From Propionibacteriaceae bacterium (lineage in GTDB: Bacteria; Actinomycetota; Actinomycetes; Propionibacteriales; Propionibacteriaceae): a stretch of DNA of 32,000 nucleotides. Shown one piece after another: positions 18,255 through 26,180 of the stretch. Location of the stretch: NCBI GenBank assembly GCA_031256725.1, contig JAIRQE010000018.1, forward strand, positions 81,561-113,560, in the 5' to 3' direction. The notes beneath the pieces were generated by a model. The model was not told where the DNA came from and did not search any database. It saw only the letters and a program-made list of their open reading frames with translations. How positions within the stretch are numbered: the stretch's first letter is position 1; every line of letters starts with the position of its first letter. Both the position numbers and the translations under genes were made by a program.

Positions 18255-19316
18255 TTATTCGGAGCACTTCAGATCATGTGGGGGGTTGATGGCAACCTCA
18301 TGCGGTTGTTTTCCAGCGAAGGTGACGAAGGACTGACCCAACTCGGAAGATACGATAGTTACTGGCATTGGCTTGCCATCCCCAATAACGCATCCCAATG
18401 AAGCTCCTTGGGGTCGAATGGAAGCCGGTGGAATCACAGATACGTTGAGAGGTTCAACAAGTGTGTAGATTACTTGAATAGAATCAGTCGATCCCTGAGT
18501 GATACTTGCATCGACTATCGGTGAACTCGCCAAATCAAGCAAGGCTTGAGAATCAGTAATTGAACCATCGGAATTGACAGACAGAGTGACATCATCAATA
18601 GTGATATTTCTAGCTCCTTGGACGAGACGGGTTGAGCTGATGGCGATTCTAGCCGACACTATGTGTGGCTCGAATATCGCAAGAACTTCCCCTTGCGTAA
18701 TTGAAGCACCCATGCCAACGGGGCAACTTGCCAGGCGCAAAGAATCGGAAGGCAACCAACTCACATTATTCATATATATAAATCCGTCGGATAGGTTATT
18801 ATTTGGAGTTCCCGCTTCTTTGGCCATCTGTTTGAAGGCTCTTATTAGGTTCCGTGTTGCAAGTTCACTAACATCACCCTTAAACCATCCCAACCGCACT
18901 AACTCGTGAGACATAGCCTGAACATCAATTCCAGAATCACCCATACCAATGTCCCGCCACATTGGTATGGAGGTAGCCATCGAAATCGACGGGACGCCAT
19001 TAATAGCGAATAAGGACTGCCCAGAATTCACTGTATCGCCAACTGCACAACTGGAGTTGGTAATAATCCCAACTCCGGTCGACAAGAGCGCTCGCTCGGG
19101 ACCAAAGTCCAGCGAAAGACCAACCAATTGCCTATCATCAAACAATCTCTGAGTTACCGGGGCTGTCCCTGCGTTCACAGTTCCTGACAAAACATTCGGT
19201 GTTTCATTCCATAGTATGGCCCAAGCACCAGTGGCACCAACTATGACCAAGCATAAACCCAACATCAAACCCAGTATCACCCGATTTATCCTCCCCTTGT
19301 GTGAAGACGATGCCAT
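18255..19316 (-). CDS. membrane-anchored periplasmic-adaptor-like protein (HlyD/MacA type) with an inserted peptidoglycan-binding-like segment
   Basis: It has an N-terminal TM helix (VILGLMLGLCLVIVGATGAWAIL) and a lipoyl-like hairpin motif (VGDTVNSGQSLFAING...; later ITQGEVLAIFE). GIDVQAMSHELVRLGWFKGDVSELATRNLIRAFKQM resembles a PG_binding_1 repeat. It sits directly upstream of the ABC pair. Confidence 0.5.
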   Translation of the reverse strand: MASSSHKGRINRVILGLMLGLCLVIVGATGAWAILWNETPNVLSGTVNAGTAPVTQRLFDDRQLVGLSLDFGPERALLSTGVGIITNSSCAVGDTVNSGQSLFAINGVPSISMATSIPMWRDIGMGDSGIDVQAMSHELVRLGWFKGDVSELATRNLIRAFKQMAKEAGTPNNNLSDGFIYMNNVSWLPSDSLRLASCPVGMGASITQGEVLAIFEPHIVSARIAISSTRLVQGARNITIDDVTLSVNSDGSITDSQALLDLASSPIVDASITQGSTDSIQVIYTLVEPLNVSVIPPASIRPQGASLGCVIGDGKPMPVTIVSSELGQSFVTFAGKQPHEVAINPPHDLKCSE

Positions 19317-19366
19317 GTAAATCTCCTCTTAGGCTCCTAAGTCATTCTGTAACATGAAAATAACGA

Positions 19367-20002
19367 CTACCGTGTATTTGTTGGGTCGCTGTTGCATGCC
19401 CAGAACTTGTCAGCGTCCTCCGAAGGGTTTAAGGAACTGTACTCCTGAAAAAAAGCCCCTGTCTCAAATTCTTGAGCATAATCATCTGCAGAATATCCAT
19501 CAGGGCGAATTCCTACTCTAACAAGACATTCAGCCATGATGACATAGGGATCAATGTTGTTAGGATTAATTCTTACACCGTTGTAAAGGCCAGCAAGGGT
19601 GGTCCAGTCGATGTTTTTCTCGCAGACTTCAGTTAGTTTTTGGGCCCGTATCCCAGTTTCTTCAACTGATTCTCCAGTTAAAGAAGGCAAAAAGGTGTCC
19701 AGACTACCGTCAGTTCCAATTTTGTAGACTGTCAACCCAGAAGCCTGCAAACAATCACGAAGTGTGTCTTTAGCTTGGAGTATCTCTTCATCAGTTATGT
19801 TTCCATCTGCAAGTATCGCCTTCGCAAGATCAGATAATACTTCGGCTGACGCTTTTTCAAACTCTGCCACCCAGGGACCAGTCGTTTGAGCCTCACCATT
19901 GTTCATACTTGAAGGCTTTTGGGGGACTTCCGAGCAGGCGCACACAAAGACAAGCGCCATAAACACCATGACTACTTTCGCCAGACTATTGATCGAACCC
20001 AT
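19367..20002 (-). CDS. putative lipoprotein, function unknown
   Basis: It has a signal peptide with a lipobox-like VFVCAC|S, followed by an acidic domain with several Cys residues. It is the first gene of the islet cassette. Confidence 0.55.
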   Translation of the reverse strand: MGSINSLAKVVMVFMALVFVCACSEVPQKPSSMNNGEAQTTGPWVAEFEKASAEVLSDLAKAILADGNITDEEILQAKDTLRDCLQASGLTVYKIGTDGSLDTFLPSLTGESVEETGIRAQKLTEVCEKNIDWTTLAGLYNGVRINPNNIDPYVIMAECLVRVGIRPDGYSADDYAQEFETGAFFQEYSSLNPSEDADKFWACNSDPTNTR

Positions 20003-20028
20003 ATCTTTCTCTCCTACTATCAGTAAAA

Positions 20029-20077
20029 AAGAAGGATCAATGCCTCCTGATTACTCAAGAAAACAATGATCCTTCTT
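20029..20077. promoter_or_regulatory. inverted repeat upstream of the islet cassette (AAGAAGGATCA ... TGATCCTTCTT)
   Basis: Perfect 11-bp arms lie at 20029-20039 and 20067-20077, separated by 27 nt. The nearer arm is about 27 nt upstream of the lipoprotein start on the minus strand. Confidence 0.3.
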
Positions 20078-20348
20078 ATAGGTTGAAATCTTGTTCTTAT
20101 CTATACAGATAATACACACGAACTAGCAACCCTACCGAATTTCTGGCTTGCCTCCCAGATGCTTTCGCACCACATAGCATCCTTGGTGATGCGAGCCAGG
20201 GCTAAGCTCACCCAGACTGGATCATCAACTTCGCCGAAGGTCCTCGTGGGGAAGAAAGGGCACACGATTCTGGCCCCTTGTGACGGCTTTGGGGTTAGTT
20301 CTTCGTATTAATGCTCGAAGCCATAGTGCGACGGTCTTGTACGGTATC

Positions 20349-20570
20349 TTACGCTCCGAACCCTACTGGTCGGGCATGTTCTTGACCGAATTCCAGGTAT
20401 CCGATGGTTTCTGGGGGGATGACCATATGACGGCCTGAGGCGTCATCTAGGGTAAAAAGGGTGTCGGCCTTGCGGGCTTGCTCATATGCTTTGACCACGT
20501 CAGCAATGGTGAGGTCAACATTGAGTGTGACCTCGCGGGCAACATTGCGGATTCCGATCTTGATTTCCAT
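20349..20570 (-). CDS. DUF3107-family small protein
   Basis: 73 aa: MEIKIGIRNVAREVTLNV...YLEFGQEHARPVGFGA. This matches my recollection of the actinobacterial DUF3107 pattern (MEVKIG...VGFG). AAAGGA lies upstream of the ATG. Confidence 0.7.
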   Translation of the reverse strand: MEIKIGIRNVAREVTLNVDLTIADVVKAYEQARKADTLFTLDDASGRHMVIPPETIGYLEFGQEHARPVGFGA

Positions 20571-20609
20571 GGGGGTCCTTTTTCTAGATGGGGTCAGCTG
20601 AGATCAGCG
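20349..20609. repeat. direct repeat, copy B (intact)
   Basis: This is the partner of 16142-16399. It covers the intact DUF3107 gene, the 23-nt spacer and the last codons plus stop of the FHA gene. Confidence 0.85.
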
Positions 20610-21361
20610 GCAACAGCCGGGCGTACGACGATGCGGGTCCATGCGCCCACATAGATACGCATGTCTGGGGTTATTTGGGTACGAGCAGCAATAGGCTCAT
20701 CCGGTAGAGAGGCGCTTGACGAGGCCACAAAGGTACCATTGGCGGATTCAAGGTCGTTGACATACCAGTACCCATCAGCCCAGGTGAGAAAGGCTTGCCG
20801 GCGGCTACATCCAACATCAGGCTCGCAATCAATATCAGGGAAGATATTCCTTGATGCAGAGTGGCGTCCGATCAGCGCTCGATCTTTCAGACGGACAATC
20901 CTGGGAGGACCTTGGGCCGGAATAGGATCAGTGGACTCCTGGAAGGCGTACCACTGTGGGTCTACCCAGACCTCGGCAACCCATGCGCCGAACTTCGATG
21001 AGGGTGATGCAGGTATGGCTAAGGGAACCTCAGGAGTGGAGGAATCCTGCTCAGGTTGAGAAGCTTCTGGAGTCTCCTGCGCTTCTGGCATCGGATCCTC
21101 GACCTTCTGTGGGGTATCCGAAGCAGTCGGTGGGAGCCCCAATTCTGAACGCAGATCCTGGTCTGGAAGAGCACCTGTGGTGTAGTCATAACCACAGGAT
21201 TCACAAAAGAGTGCTGCTCCTGGGCGAGGGGATTCACAGTTGGGGCACACCGTCACCTCGACAGGTGTGGGCTGGGCCTGGGGAGCCTCCACAACGGGCA
21301 TGCCACATTGATCACAGAAATCTTGTGCCTTAGTTTCATGGCCTTCGCTACATAGTGCCAT
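20594..21361 (-). CDS. FHA-domain protein with an N-terminal double zinc ribbon
   Basis: The zinc-ribbon residues are C4/H8/C16/C19 and C39/C42/C53/C56. A Pro/Glu/Ser-rich linker follows. The C-terminal FHA carries LIGRHSAS, GCSRRQAFL and ESANGTFV. Confidence 0.8.
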   Translation of the reverse strand: MALCSEGHETKAQDFCDQCGMPVVEAPQAQPTPVEVTVCPNCESPRPGAALFCESCGYDYTTGALPDQDLRSELGLPPTASDTPQKVEDPMPEAQETPEASQPEQDSSTPEVPLAIPASPSSKFGAWVAEVWVDPQWYAFQESTDPIPAQGPPRIVRLKDRALIGRHSASRNIFPDIDCEPDVGCSRRQAFLTWADGYWYVNDLESANGTFVASSSASLPDEPIAARTQITPDMRIYVGAWTRIVVRPAVAADLS

Positions 21362-21363
21362 CT

Positions 21364-22644
21364 CTATCCCCTAATCCTTGTTGTCTTCGTGGAGGCTGTA
21401 TCAAGAGCCATCTCATCAGCCTTATCGATATTCTTCTTCAACTGAACTCGACCAGTAACTGGGTCATCAATGTCGACAACCCGCCCCAATCGTGTCGTCG
21501 CCTCCGCATTACCCGTTTCGGCGGCTAACTGTACTGCTCGCCCGAGTTTCTGGGTGGCTGTACGATCATCACCTTGGGCATGGGCAGCTAACCCCTCCTG
21601 GATGGCGGAAGCCAACTCTGTTTGACCCGTGTAATGGGCAACCTCAGGGCTGATCCTCGTTGTCAACCCAGCATCGGCTGACCATTTGGCCTTCACCAAT
21701 CCTTGGGTGAGGATCGAAGGACCTGTACTGAGCTGTACACGTGCAGCCAACTGTTCCGTACCTACAGCCTTAGCTGGAAGTCGTACACAGATGTGATAAT
21801 CGCGGGACTCATCCCCCCAAGCGCCTGTTGGGAAGGTGGCTGTCAAAGCATCCACAGGTGTACCCCTATGGGTGAGATCCTCAACAGTGGGTGAGACCTG
21901 GCGTACGAAAGAAATCTGAGCATTCTGCGGAATCCAAACACGCAACTGCGCGTCGGGAACACCTCGGCCCATGGAGCGGGCAATGAGTTCCTGGAAGATG
22001 CGGGGGAGATCCTTGGGGCTAGGAATTACGTCAACTGTCCCCAGCAGAGCCTGGGCAATCTTGCGGATCTCTGAGACCTGCCATTCAATCCCGATCCCTC
22101 GGCAATCAGCTTGGAATTCGCCCAAGCATTGACGAATCGAGGATTCAAGCTGGGTCACCGACTCATTGTGGTTCTCACCATCAGTGAGAAGGATGGCATG
22201 CTTGCCTGCAAGGGAGGGAATCGACGCAAACAGGGAACGAGCCAACAGAAGCCAGGATCCCATGGCTGTACCTCCATCAGCGCGGAATGCTGCAATGGCA
22301 GTCTTGGCCTCAGTCCTCGTTTGGGGGGACATACGTACCATGCCAGGCCCCGAGGTCACACGCGGATAGGCGAGGTAGGCACGATGGTTTCCAGCAATGA
22401 TGGAGAAGAAGGTGCCGTCAAGGATCGTATCCACAGCAACCATTGCGGCATCTTTGGCAGCCTGCATATTGACAAGACCCATGGATGCCGAGGTATCCAC
22501 GATGACGATCTCGCCGACATCGCCCACTCCAGTTTGACCAGCAGCACCTGCTTCTGAACAGTCGATTCGTACAATTGCATTGACATCGGTACTACCATCA
22601 GCGAGGAACTCGTTTTGGTAGACCATCGAGGTAAAGACAGCCAT
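21364..22644 (-). CDS. von Willebrand factor A (vWA) domain protein with a complete MIDAS motif
   Basis: MIDAS elements are IVIVDTSASMG (DxSxS), DGGTAMGSWL (Thr) and ILLTDGENH (Asp). The C-terminal approximately 200 aa are unassigned. Confidence 0.8.
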   Translation of the reverse strand: MAVFTSMVYQNEFLADGSTDVNAIVRIDCSEAGAAGQTGVGDVGEIVIVDTSASMGLVNMQAAKDAAMVAVDTILDGTFFSIIAGNHRAYLAYPRVTSGPGMVRMSPQTRTEAKTAIAAFRADGGTAMGSWLLLARSLFASIPSLAGKHAILLTDGENHNESVTQLESSIRQCLGEFQADCRGIGIEWQVSEIRKIAQALLGTVDVIPSPKDLPRIFQELIARSMGRGVPDAQLRVWIPQNAQISFVRQVSPTVEDLTHRGTPVDALTATFPTGAWGDESRDYHICVRLPAKAVGTEQLAARVQLSTGPSILTQGLVKAKWSADAGLTTRISPEVAHYTGQTELASAIQEGLAAHAQGDDRTATQKLGRAVQLAAETGNAEATTRLGRVVDIDDPVTGRVQLKKNIDKADEMALDTASTKTTRIRG

Positions 22645-22653
22645 AGATCAACC

Positions 22654-23853
22654 TTAGTCCGTAGGTCCAGATTCGCGACCATTATCATCATTGGTCGCCA
22701 GTATTTCAGTGTCAGATTGGGTAGTACCCTGAGCCGAACGATTCAATGCGACAGTGGGAGCATCAAGACTGATCGGAGTTGGATTGGGAGCCATGACGGG
22801 TACAGTCGGGTTATCGAGAACATCCATGGCCTCAGAGACGACCTGGGTCAAGGGTACCGATGGTATAGCAGAGGATTCAATACGCGCACAGGCGACGGTG
22901 ATATTGTCATGGCCGCCCTTCTCATTCGCCCAGGCAACCAAATAACCCGCCAGAGCTAAGGGGGAGGAGTGATCAAGGAAGTCAACAAGCTCCTTGATTG
23001 CCGTGGGTTCTGAAGCATAGTTCCACAGACCATCGGTACACGCGATCACCCATCCAGGATTTGTGACCCTCAAGGTGGATAAATACGGATCAAGATCAAC
23101 GGCATCACGCCCAAGCCATTTTGTGATCGTATGTGCGTAGACCGATGATTCCGCTTCGGCTCGTCCAGCACCAGAATCGATACCCACTTGTGCGAGGGAA
23201 TGATCCTTGGTGAGCAGGAGGGGCTGCGAATTGTCGGGTATCCAGTAGACGCGCGAGTCACCCAGATTGGCGCAATATATGGCATCCTTCTCAACGATGG
23301 TCATAGCAATGGTTGAGGCAGCTGAGTTTGTTGATGCGGGGTTCGTCTTGTCAATGACAGCCTGGTTTGCCGCCAGTACTGCTTGGGTCAAGGCCCCATG
23401 AAGGGCTGCTTCACGCGAGGAAGTGGTACCCGTACCCTGAGGGTTATTGGCCCACAGAAGTTCACAAGCAATATGGGCTGCCGCGAGGGAGGCGACATCT
23501 GAGTCTTCGGATGTGGTGACACCATCACAGACCACGAGTACTGCACGATCTCCTTCAGCCATACAGGCCATGGCATCTTCATTGCGGGCATGGGATATGC
23601 CAATGTCGCACACGGCTCCCACCCACTCGGCTGGTTCCAACTGAAAGTGTTCACGCAGACTCTTGGCCTTCTGACCGCATTGAAGACAGTAGGCATCTAT
23701 CCCCAGTTCGCCACCACAGGCTGGGCATGTGGAGGGATAGGCTGTGAAATCCTCTCGATGGGGGTTCGACGAAGGGGGATCCTGTGGTTGGGTTGCTTCT
23801 GGATCACCAGGATTCCACTCAACTCCGGGGGCGCCGCGATTAAACAGTGTCAT
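22654..23853 (-). CDS. PP2C-family Ser/Thr phosphatase with an N-terminal zinc ribbon
   Basis: The ribbon is CPACGGELGIDAYCLQCG. PP2C blocks present are ARNEDA, VVCDGVTTS, TDGLWN and GGHDNITVA. I chose ATG 23853, which overlaps the kinase stop (ATGA). A GTG at 23865 is the alternative. Confidence 0.85.
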   Translation of the reverse strand: MTLFNRGAPGVEWNPGDPEATQPQDPPSSNPHREDFTAYPSTCPACGGELGIDAYCLQCGQKAKSLREHFQLEPAEWVGAVCDIGISHARNEDAMACMAEGDRAVLVVCDGVTTSEDSDVASLAAAHIACELLWANNPQGTGTTSSREAALHGALTQAVLAANQAVIDKTNPASTNSAASTIAMTIVEKDAIYCANLGDSRVYWIPDNSQPLLLTKDHSLAQVGIDSGAGRAEAESSVYAHTITKWLGRDAVDLDPYLSTLRVTNPGWVIACTDGLWNYASEPTAIKELVDFLDHSSPLALAGYLVAWANEKGGHDNITVACARIESSAIPSVPLTQVVSEAMDVLDNPTVPVMAPNPTPISLDAPTVALNRSAQGTTQSDTEILATNDDNGRESGPTD

Positions 23854-26180
23854 AGTATGGACCACTTTCTCAAGGAATTAGCTTGGTCAATGAGTGCCGC
23901 TCGTTTGGCGGGGTCATGTTCGAGGGTTGCCTGTTGACGTAATATCGTCTCAAGTTTGGCTCTGACGTCGGCTTTAGTGATGGGTACTTCACCTATCATC
24001 GGAATTGTTGCTCCGCGGGCAGCCTTTCGATTGGCGAGACTCACGAGAGGCAGTACACGTTGGAAGATCTCCAGTTCCTGTTTGAGGCGATCCTCGGTGT
24101 TTGCTCCAGCAGACCGAATGGCCTCGTAGGCTCTCACAAGATCAGGGAGACCTTGACCAGCTTGGGTCAGGTAGGAAGCAGCGAGACGACGAGACTGAGA
24201 CCATCCACCTGAAGTTGTTGGAACAAGGTCGAGAGCATCCAAGACCCGTCGAGGATCATTGGAGCTTCCAGTCTTCTTGGCTCTCACACGGGCGAGTCCG
24301 AAGGCAGCACCAGCAACATAGGCTCCATCAGTGACTGAACAGATATGGTACAACTGTTCTGCTATCTCTAATTCTCCGCCCATTTCGCAGGCGACAGCGA
24401 GAGCAAACTTGGGGGCCAGTTCCCCAGGAATCTGCCCATAAACGGCATTGAAACAGGATTGGGCCTTCGTCCAATCAGCAGTATTGAGTGCAGCTAGCCC
24501 TTCAATCCATGCAGCCCGCCATTCCCAGGGATCCTGGGTGAGGATCTCGGATACCGTTGAGGTGACAGTGTCTGGTACTCCATTTTCTATGGCAGCCAGA
24601 CACAGAGCTAGTTGTACCTCTTGGGTCTTCGTGGGTGAGTTCAGCAGAGCTTGGTAGCGTGCGCGTGGTTCCATCGAAGGATCGATGGATGCCAGCATGA
24701 CCAACCCAGGATCTGAGGGTTCAGGCTTGAGTTTTGGTAGATGCTTCCAGGTGAAGACATCCGAGACCACTGTGGGTGCCTCAAAGAGATCCGAAGGGGC
24801 AGAGGTTGTCGCAGCAGTACCACGGGTAATGGCGACAGCCTCCCGCAGCACACCAAGCATCTGGTGTCTCATCTCATCCATGGATTGGAAACGATCAGAG
24901 GCATTGGTGGCACAGGCCTTGGCGATCAGTCTGTAGATAGAGTCGTACTGGGCGAAGATTGGTATCTCTTCAATGGGGGGCAGCGAGGTCTTGTAGGTTG
25001 TTTGGTACCCCTTCACCTCAGCACAACAGATGAGCAGGGTACGACCCACTGTGTACACATCGGAAGTGATCGTACAGCCCTGTGTTGATACCTCAGGAGC
25101 CTGATAACCGACGGTACCAAAGATCACAGAATCATCATCATCAATGGGACGTACCCCACCAAGATCAATGAGTTTCACGGAATCCTGGAGATGCATGAGA
25201 TTATCTGGCTTGAAATCGCAGTAGAGCAATCCCTGGTTGTGGAGGTAACTCATTGCAGGAAGGATCTCAAGAACATAAGCCAGAGCATGTTCCACGGGCA
25301 GAGGATCGTAAACCCCCTTGGCGGCCTCCATACGAGCCTTGAGAATCTGCTTGATGGAGCGACCACCCACGAACTCCATCACAATATAGGCCCCACCTTC
25401 ATGGGTGACAAAGTTATAGATTTCGACGATGAGGGGATGCTGGACTGTGGCGAGGAATCTTTGCTCAGTCATGGCAGCTTGCATGGATGCTTCATCGCCC
25501 ACATTCAACAGCCCTTTGAGTACCACCCAGCGATCCGAGACATTACGATCAGTGGCCAAGTAGATCCACCCCATACCACCGTGAGCAAGACAGCCTTTGA
25601 CTTCGTACTGCCCAGCAACGATGTCACCTTTGGAGAGCTTCGGGGTGAACGAGAAGGGCTTACGGCAGCTGGGGCAATACCCTTCAACTCGACCAGGTGA
25701 ATCCTTGGTTGAACGACCGACCTTCGCTTCGCAGTGGGGACAGAACCTCTTGTCTTCGGGTACCTCGGGATTCTTTAAGATTGCCGATTGGGGATCGACC
25801 ACAGGCTCGGGTGGGATTGTTGTGTACCCTGCTCCCAAGTGACCAGCGGCCCTTCGAGTATCGGCTAAGCGTGAGCGTGTTACGTCAGTACCTACGCGTG
25901 CTGATCCAAGACTCACTGTTCCTATACGACTGGTGGTTGCACCTAAGGCCGCCGATGGTGGGGTGGCTCCTGCTGGTGATCCGCAGGTGTCGCAGTACCC
26001 ATCTACGATACGCCCACGACAATCAGGCATCTGACAGGGACCTGAGGGTTTGAGAGTTGGTACATGTCCTGGTATACCACGCCCGGAGGGTGTTTGAGCA
26101 GCCTCACGTGGTGGCATACCGCAGACATTGCAGTAGCCATCGGAAATCTGTCCGGAACAACCAATTCGTGTGCATTTCAT
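23850..26180 (-). CDS. pknG: PknG-type Ser/Thr protein kinase (two extra N-terminal zinc ribbons, rubredoxin-like module, kinase domain, TPR domain)
   Basis: It is colinear with M. tuberculosis PknG as recalled. The rubredoxin module is CPHC...CPSC. Kinase blocks are GDIVAGQYEVKGCLAHGGMGWIYLA, VVLKGL, YVLEILPAMSYLH, the non-RD loop YCDFKPDN, DLG instead of DFG, and GYQAPE. The TPR region carries GELAPKFALA and AFGLARV. ATG 26180 overlaps the upstream stop (ATGA). Confidence 0.85.
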   Translation of the reverse strand: MKCTRIGCSGQISDGYCNVCGMPPREAAQTPSGRGIPGHVPTLKPSGPCQMPDCRGRIVDGYCDTCGSPAGATPPSAALGATTSRIGTVSLGSARVGTDVTRSRLADTRRAAGHLGAGYTTIPPEPVVDPQSAILKNPEVPEDKRFCPHCEAKVGRSTKDSPGRVEGYCPSCRKPFSFTPKLSKGDIVAGQYEVKGCLAHGGMGWIYLATDRNVSDRWVVLKGLLNVGDEASMQAAMTEQRFLATVQHPLIVEIYNFVTHEGGAYIVMEFVGGRSIKQILKARMEAAKGVYDPLPVEHALAYVLEILPAMSYLHNQGLLYCDFKPDNLMHLQDSVKLIDLGGVRPIDDDDSVIFGTVGYQAPEVSTQGCTITSDVYTVGRTLLICCAEVKGYQTTYKTSLPPIEEIPIFAQYDSIYRLIAKACATNASDRFQSMDEMRHQMLGVLREAVAITRGTAATTSAPSDLFEAPTVVSDVFTWKHLPKLKPEPSDPGLVMLASIDPSMEPRARYQALLNSPTKTQEVQLALCLAAIENGVPDTVTSTVSEILTQDPWEWRAAWIEGLAALNTADWTKAQSCFNAVYGQIPGELAPKFALAVACEMGGELEIAEQLYHICSVTDGAYVAGAAFGLARVRAKKTGSSNDPRRVLDALDLVPTTSGGWSQSRRLAASYLTQAGQGLPDLVRAYEAIRSAGANTEDRLKQELEIFQRVLPLVSLANRKAARGATIPMIGEVPITKADVRAKLETILRQQATLEHDPAKRAALIDQANSLRKWSIL

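Larger units (their letters stand above)
16400..20348. other. low-GC insertion islet of about 3.95 kb between the two direct repeats (four-gene minus-strand cassette; no integrase or transposase seen)
   Basis: Two hand-counted lines inside are about 43% GC, against about 53-60% in the flanks. The islet is bounded exactly by repeat copies A and B. Confidence 0.6.

Noticed and set aside
20159-20332. 57-codon plus-strand frame in the higher-GC right end of the islet.
   Set aside because: It has no RBS and no motif, and it falls below any reasonable coding evidence. It may be a remnant of whatever originally flanked the duplicated segment.
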